A DNA stretch of 64,000 bases, from the NCBI GenBank assembly GCA_950097015.1, contig CATNEN010000039.1:3348001-3412000 (forward strand), given 5' to 3'. This document shows, piece by piece, positions 56,826 through 64,000 of the stretch; position 1 is the stretch's first letter; each line of letters opens with the position of its first letter. Made by a program: the position numbers and the translations under genes. Source of the DNA: Macrostomum hystrix. Taxonomy: Eukaryota > Animalia > Platyhelminthes. A model generated the notes under the pieces. That model was not told the DNA's origin and searched no databases. It saw only the letters and a list, made by a program, of their open reading frames with translations.

Positions 56826-59800
56826 TCACTTGTGCCGCTGGTACAGGTCGTGGTGCCGCATGAGGGCGTCGACAACTGAGGGGTCGGCCAAGGTGCTGGT
56901 GTCGCCGATGCTGGCGTAGTCCTCGGCCGCGATTTTCTTCAGAATTCTGCGCATGATCTTGCCGCTGCGTGTCTTCGGCAAGCCGTCAGTGAACAGAAGC
57001 TTTTCAGGCACGGCGTAGGCAGCGATGCGATCGCGAACCCGACGCTTCAGTTCACGACGCAGGTCGCCCATGCCTTCGTTGGTGACGCCATCCTTTAGGA
57101 TGACGAAAGCGTAGACAGCCTCGCCTTTGAGCGCATGGGGGTAGCCAATCACGGCAGTCTCACTGACGGCGGGGTGGCTGTCAAGAGCGTCCTCGATCTC
57201 GGCTGTACCCAGCCTGTGCCCGGTGACATTGATGACGTCATCGACTCGGCCGGTGATGTGCAGGTGGCCCTGGGAGTCACGGCTGGCCCCGTCGCCGCTG
57301 AAGTAGAGCCCGGGAAACTGGCTGTAGTAGGTTTCAGCGAAGCGCCTGGGATTTGGTGCAGCGGTTGAGATATTAGGGTTGTCAAGGCGTTATGTGATCT
57401 TAAAGTGGGGTTTCAAATTCGAAACCGAATTCAGAAGCCTGCTGTTAAAACCATAGACAAAATTTTCTAAAACACAAGAAGAATATTCCAAACTGATCAA
57501 TACCCCAAAATATGATATCAATATACCAAAACAAAGGATCAAAATTCGAAATATATATGGGATCAATATACCAAAACATGGGATCAAAATCATAAACCTG
57601 GAATCTAAATCTCAAATTATGGGTTCGAAATCCCACAACATGGGATCAAAATCCCACAACATGGGATCAATATCCCAAAACATAGGATCAATATCCCAAA
57701 ACATAGGATCAATATCCCACAACATGGGATCAATATCCCACAACATGAATCAATATCCCTCAACATGAATTCAATATCCCACAACATGAATCAATATCCC
57801 ACAACATGAATCAATATCCCACAACATGAATCAATATCCCACAACATGAAATCAATATCCCACAACATGGGATCAATATCCCACAACATGAAATCAATAT
57901 CCCACAACATGAATCAATATCCCACAACATGAAATCAATATCCCACAACATGGGATCAATATCCCACAACATGAAATCAATATCCCACAACATGAAATCA
58001 ATATCCCACAACATGAATTCAATATCCCACAACATGGGATCAAAATCCCAAAACATAGGATCAATATCCCACAACATGAATCAATATCCCACAACATGGG
58101 ATCAAAATCCCAAAACATCCTAACAATCCTATCCTAACGATCCTAACAATGTGGGATCAATATCCCACAACATGAATCAATATCCCACAACATGGGATCA
58201 ATATCCCACAACATGAATCAATATCCCACAACATGAATCAATATCCCACAACATGAATCAATATCCCACAACATGAATCAATATCCCACAACATGGGATC
58301 AAAATCCCAAAAGATAGGATCAAAGTCTTAAAATCTGGAATCTAAATCTTAAATTATGGGATCAATATCCTAAAACATGGGATCTAACCTAAAATTTGAG
58401 ATCGTGGACTTGAAAAATGTTATCAGTATTGCTAAGCCAACTCACTTATGATCTCCCCAGATAGTTCGCGCCATGCCGGGCCAAGGCCGCCGCATGCACA
58501 GGTGACCCTCGCCCGGGGACTCTTTGACCTCGGCGCCAGTGGCCGGGTCCATCAGCACGGGGTCCAGGCCGTAGAATGGCCTCATTGGCATTGCGGGCAG
58601 AATCGGTGCGCCCTCGGCGGAGGGTCGGGGCGCGATGCAGACGCCGCCTGTCTCCGTCTGCCACCAGGTGTCGGCGATGTCGCAGCGGCCTTTGCCAACC
58701 CATTTGTTGTACCACTCCCAGGCCTCGTGGTTAAGCGGCTCGCCGACGCAGCCGAGTACGCGAAGCCGGCTTAGATCGTACCTGAAGTTAGCGGCATCTA
58801 GTGTTGGTAACTTTTAAGGGTCGTTGTTTTGGTACTACAAATAATAGACCGTTTTTGTTTTATTACAAACTCTCTTATCCGCATTTCTTCCAAATAGAAA
58901 AATGCTTATTGGTCTTTGTTTTAAATAAAACTACTGTTATGGGTCTTTAAGAGAAAACCAGTAAACTCTCTTATTCATTTTTGTTTTGAATACTAACTCT
59001 CTAATTGGCCTTTGTTCCAAATACAAAGTCTCTTATAAGTCTTTGTTTTAAATACAAAGTCTATAGTTGGTCTTTGTTCCAAATACAAAGTCTCTTATAA
59101 GTCTTTGTTCCAAATACAAAATCTCTAATTGGCCTTTGTTCCAAATACAAAATCTCTAATTGGCCTTTGTTCCAAATACAAAGTCTCTTAGCAGGCCCGC
59201 TCACTTGGTAACAAAATCTGAGCTATATCTTAGCAGCATTCTCAAAGAGGTTGGCGACAAATAGATGTGCGTCAGGCCGAGGCGTTGAGCAGTCTCCCAA
59301 TAGCGACCAACATCCGGATGGGCCGGGGTACTCTCAAACAGCAGAGTAGTGCCGCCGTTGACCAGCGGGCCGTAGACGACGTAGCTGTGCCCGGTGATCC
59401 AGCCGACGTCAGCCACGCAGCCGAAGATGTCCTGGCCGGGCCTGTAGTCGAACACGTGCTGGTGAGTGAGGCCGGCGTACAGCAGGTAGCCGGCTGTACT
59501 GTGCACCAGGCCCTTGGGCTTGCCCGTTGACCCGGAGGTGTACAGCACGAACAGGGGATGGTCGCTGTCCATGGCGGGGGCAGGACAGTCGGTGGAGCAG
59601 GCGGCAGCGTTCTAGGAATGCCGATTGAAAATTTGGTACGAGGGCTACAGCTTTTGCACTTTTATTGGATTTAAGTCAGTAGAATCATCTTTGGGATTTC
59701 AGTCAGTAGGATCATTATTGGGATTTCAGTCAGTAGGATCATTATTGGGATTTCATTCAGTAGGATTATTATTGGGATTTCAGTCGGTAGGATTATTATT

Positions 59801-60395
59801 GAGATTTCAGTCAGTAGGATTATTATTGGGATTTCAGTCAGTAGGATTATTATTGGGATTTCAGTCAGTAGGGTTATTAAATGGATTTCCGTCAGTAGGA
59901 TCATAATTGGGATTTCAGTCAGTAGGATCAAAATTGTGATTTCAGTCAGTAGGATTATTATTGGGATTTCAGTCAGTAGGATTATTATTGGGATTTCAGT
60001 CAGTAGGATCATTATTGGGATTTCAGTCAGTAGGGTTATTATTGGGATTTCAGTCAGTAGGATCATTATTGGGATTTAAGTCAGTAGGATTATTAAATGG
60101 ATTTCAGTCAGTAGGATCATTATTGGGATTTAAGTCAGTAGGATTATTATTGGGATTACAGTCTGTAGGTTCATCGGTGGGATTTTATTTGGGATTATCC
60201 CCAAAATCGTTTATCGCACCTTTTCCAGCGGCACATCAATGCTACTCATGGGCACGCTGCCGCCAGTCCTCGAGCTGACAAACACGCGCTGAACCATCGG
60301 GCAGTTCTTGAGTGCAGCGTCAACAGTGCGCTTTAGTTCCACAATTTTGCCACCGCGCACAGCCTGATCTGAGGTGATGACCACCTTGGCGCCAA
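56826..60395 (-). CDS. ACSS1: Acetyl-CoA synthetase (ACSS1-like), last four exons; 5' exons lie outside the window
   Basis: Exons 60395-60220, 59611-59205, 58781-58446 and 57345-56826, with consistent phases. Motifs: LYTSGSTGKPKG, GWITGHSYVVYGPL, VGEP, DTWWQTETGG, GRVDDVINV, PKTRSGKIMRR. QAVRGGKIVELK and FGCVADVG are ACSS1-like. Confidence 0.93.
57500..58385. repeat. 20-21-bp minisatellite in an ACSS1 intron
   Basis: Unit aatatcccacaacatg(a/gg/aa)atc. Confidence 0.92.
58985..59190. repeat. ~31-bp AT-rich tandem repeat in an ACSS1 intron
   Basis: ctttgttccaaatacaaa(g/a)tctc... units. Confidence 0.8.
59665..60195. repeat. 27-bp minisatellite in an ACSS1 intron
   Basis: Unit ggatttcagtcagtaggattattattg. 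Confidence 0.92.
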
Positions 60396-60539
60396 CTGAA
60401 TGGATTACGGAGAATCGAATGAGAATTGCAGATAAAATGATCTATTGAATATTTTAAATAGTGAACTCAAATCAGCACTTACAGATATGCTGCTTGTGCA
60501 CTTTTCTGTTAGACTCACGAATCTACGCTTGCTAGGCTT

Positions 60540-60745
60540 CTAGATCCGCACAGTTCAGATCACCATTATAAATCCCTATTGTAGATTCCCACACCCGAGG
60601 GCCCAATTTCAGATCCCCATTCTAAATCCAGACAGTTTAGATCCCCAAAGTCCAGATCCCCGTTCTAGATCCCCACAGTTCAGATCCCAAAGTCCAGATC
60701 TCCATTCTAGATCCTCACTGTTTAGATCCCCATTCTAGATCCCTA
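60540..60745. repeat. Degenerate (t/c)agatccc-core tandem repeat abutting the LINE 5' junction
   Basis: Recurrent agatccc/agatcc motifs at ~15-20-bp spacing. Confidence 0.7.
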
Positions 60746-60780
60746 ATGTCCTCCTGGACATTAGTCAGGCCTTCAGGACA

Positions 60781-63700
60781 TTAGAGCTCCTGGCCTTCGT
60801 CAGCGGCACGCCTCTAAACTTCTGCAATGTGGGCAACACGCCCACTTTCGACAATGGGCGGTGGGCTGAGGTGCTTGACGTCACCCTGGCCTCACCCGGC
60901 ATCCTCCCAAGGGTGCTGGGGTGGGAGGTGTGGGAGACCGAAAGCTCGCTCTCGGACCACCGTTTCATCCGTTTCAACATCGGCACCCCCGATAAGAAGC
61001 AAAAGCCTATTTGGAGGCGTAATGTCAGAAATACCGACTGGCCCGCGTTCAGCCAAAAGCTGCATGAGGGCCTTCGGGATTCTGACCCCTCCATGGCCAT
61101 GGAAACCACGCAGGACCTGGATGGAGTGGCTGCCCTGCTGGGCGGCGCCATCACAGAGGCCTACGAAATGGCTTGCCCGCTCAAAGCCTACAAAGGCAAA
61201 AAATCGGCCCCCTGGTGGAACCCCGAGCTCGGAGTCCTAAGACGCCGAGCTAAGGCTCTCCAGAGGAAGCTGAAAACCTCGCACGACCCTGATGACAAAG
61301 AGGCCTATACTCGCGCCATCCATGAGTTTAAGGGCCGGGTCAGAAGGGCAAAAGCGGACAAGTGGCGACAATACTGCGAAGGGCTTGAGGGCTCGCGGCC
61401 CACGGCCCGCGTGGTAAAGGCGCTCACCAACGACCGCTTCTCCAAGCTCTCATCGATTAAAAAGCCGGACGGCTCGATCACTGAGCGCCCGGAGGAAACG
61501 CTCGAGCTTATGCTAGGGCATTTCTTCCCGAGTGTACCGGCGCACTTCGGCCCAGACGACCACTCGCGTGGAGGTCAGGGCCTGGCTCAGTCACTCGTTA
61601 CGAATGACCGCATCGTTCGCGCGGCTAAGTCATTCAATCCTTTTAAAGCACCTGGGCCAGATGGTATATATCCGGCCTTTCTGCATGAAGCGGTTAAAAA
61701 TGGCCGCTTCCTCCATCTCCTCTGCAGACTTCTACGGGCCTGCATCGTGCTGGGCTACGTACCAGCGCGGTGGCATGAAGCCCGGGTCGTCTTCATCCCG
61801 AAGCCCGCCAAAGGCGACTATCGCTCGGTCAAGTCTTATCGCCCGATAAGCTTGACTTCCACCTGCCTCAAGCTCATGGAAAGACTGGTGCTCTGGCGCC
61901 TTCTTACTGTAGAGCTAGGGCGGGCCCCGCTCTCACCAAACCAGCACGCCTTTCGGGCGGGCCGGTCCACGGAGAGCGCCCTCCACTGCATTGTGGAGAC
62001 TCTCGAGAAGGCAGTGCTGGGCAGCGGTTTTGCCCTGGCTGTTTTCCTTGATATTGAGGGGGCCTTCGATAACGTTATTTTCGAAGCCTTTGAGAAGGCC
62101 CTGGTTTCCAGGGCCACTCACCCCCACCTCGTCCGTTGGGTCATGTACATGATCCGGAATCGCCACGTGGTGGCCCACCTCGAAGGCAGGGTGCTCTCGG
62201 CACCTGTCCTAAAAGGAGGGCCCCAAGGTGGCGTCCTCACCCCACTGCTGTGGAATCTCGTCATGGATGAGCTGCTAAAAAGCACTCGGCCTGACCCAGT
62301 CCTGAAGGTGGGATATGCCGACGATGTGACCGCCATCTGCGCGGGCCCCTCGGCGGAAACCACCAGGGACCTCATTCAGGGCTTTATCAACAGGGCGGTG
62401 CGCTGGGCGGACCAATGCGGGCTCCGACTCTCTGAGTCCAAGACCGTTGCGGTTATGTTTACCAGCAGGCTGCGCTGGACCATTGAGCCTCTGACTCTCT
62501 ATGGCAAGAATATTGCCATGGAAAAGCAGGTCCGGTGCCTTGGTATCCTGCTAGACCATAGGCTTAACTGGACCCCGCAAATTTACCACAAAGGCCAAGA
62601 GGGCCCTGGCCATTCTGGCGCAAGTCAGGCGAGCCGTGGGCACCACTTGGGGGCTAACCCCCAAAAACCTTTGGTGGATTTACACGGCGATCATTAGACC
62701 GTCAGTCGCTTACGCTGGCCTCATCTGGGCCAGTGCCATGAGCATCCAGAAAAACCTGGAGGCGCTTTATAGGGTGCAGGGCAGAGCCTGTCGCATGACG
62801 CTGGGCGCCCCACCCTCCACTCCCTTTGAAGGCATGAACGCTTTCCTCAACGCTACACCCATTGACATTTTTGTTAAGGGGGAAGCGGCAAAGTCCACCC
62901 GTCGTCTCCTTGATGCGGGTGTATCCTTCCAGAATTCGCGAGCCTTCTCGAAGCGCTCCCTTCTGCCCCACTCTGACCTCTGCCTGAAAACTCTGGGCGA
63001 GTGCGGAGGGCTCACCATCCTTTCGGACGGGGCCCCGGCCACTTTACTCCGGAGCCACAGGTACAAAGTCAGCATCTTCCCTCGTAATGAGGTAAAGGAC
63101 TGCTGGGATGACCCCGCAGTCCACTGTTACACTGACGGCTCCCTGATGAACGGTAAATCGGGATTCGGGGTGTGCGTCGCCTCGGGTGGCGAGGTCCTCT
63201 GGACCCACTCCCAACACTGTGGCAAGAGCTCAAGCGTTTTCCAAAACGAAATGCTCGCCATCAGTTTCTGTGCGGCTGAGCTGCGCCAGAGGCAGCTGGC
63301 TGGTCGGAGGATCTTTTTTCACTCCGACAGTCAAGCAGCCCTCAAGGCCCTCAGTCGCTGCACCTCTCGCTCCAGAACCACCTTGGACTGCAACACCCAG
63401 TTAAACGGTTTGGCGCAGTCTAACAAGGTGGAGCTGATGTGGATCCCTGGGCACGCCGGGCTCACAGGGAATGAGATGGCGGACGAGCTTGCAAAGGCTG
63501 GAGCAGCCAGCTCCCTGATGGGCCCGGGCCCGGAATCCCCGATCCCCGCCTCCGTTGTCAACTCCAGCATCAACCACTGGATGGAGACCCAGCACCGGAG
63601 GAGGTGGTCCAGCACCCTGAACTGTCGCCAGTCCAGGGCTGCGGTGCCAACCCCCTCTAGTAACCTGCGTAAGGCCTTACTCAGGCTAAACCGCAGAGAC

Positions 63701-64000
63701 CTGAGAGCAGTCACCATGGCCCTCTCGGGACATGGCTGCTTCACCAGACACCGCTACCTCCAAGGCCACGTGCCTGAGGAAACGTGTCCTTTCTGCTGCT
63801 CCGGCCGTGAAAACGCCGAGCATTTCATTTGCCACTGCCCGGCCTTCACCCGGGCTAGGCTAAAACACCTCGGGCCGGCACCGACTCTTGCCGAAGCCTG
63901 CTCGCCCGAGAACATCCCTCAGCTCGCCCACTTCCTCCGGGATACCGGCCGAGCTGATTTCTTCCCAGCCTATGGCGAGGAAGATCGCGCGGCGGAACCG
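60781..64000 (+). mobile_element. LINE copy 2 (same family as copy 1), 5'-truncated within the APE endonuclease, inserted antisense in an ACSS1 intron
   Basis: Begins ELLAFVSG...NVGNTPTF...LDVTLAS...SDHRFI (C-terminal end of APE), then PWWN and RT/RNase H/CCHC collinear with 1-2700 at offset 61302. Confidence 0.93.
60781..64000 (+). pseudogene. LINE ORF2 with a +1 frameshift at ~62582-62584
   Basis: Copy 1 reads cac atc acc aca aag; copy 2 reads caa att t acc aca aag. The extra T ends the frame at 62697, and RNase H continues in the next frame. Confidence 0.8.

Overview
Eukaryotic (metazoan) genomic DNA, not prokaryotic. GC-rich spliced exons, AT-rich spacers and about 35 different locus-private minisatellites (roughly a third of the window by my tally) suggest a Macrostomum-like free-living flatworm; this is inference from genome style only. 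Two copies of an RT/RNase H non-LTR retrotransposon (LOA/I-group-like) bracket the window on the + strand, and the second also retains the end of the APE endonuclease. Hand-spliced genes between them are: ChaC/CHAC2-like (+), an ORD-only OSBP-related protein with a GC-AG intron (+), G-alpha-o (+), PTGR3/ZADH2 (+), a degenerate KChIP-like calcium sensor (-), a divergent claudin/PMP22-like tetraspan (-), two tandem divergent p24/TMED paralogs (+), a CtIP/RBBP8 ortholog (-) and the 3' exons of ACSS1 (-). The most notable observations are: a tRNA-derived SINE in a CtIP intron whose 3' end resembles the LINE 3' UTR; a CtIP lacking the canonical T847-P CDK site; intronic arrays built from dozens of splice-site-like units; and a novel N-terminal motif shared by the TMED pair. 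Most long ORFs in the supplied track are repeat artefacts. I found no CRISPR array or prokaryotic-type system. All exon coordinates were derived by hand, and no database searches were run.
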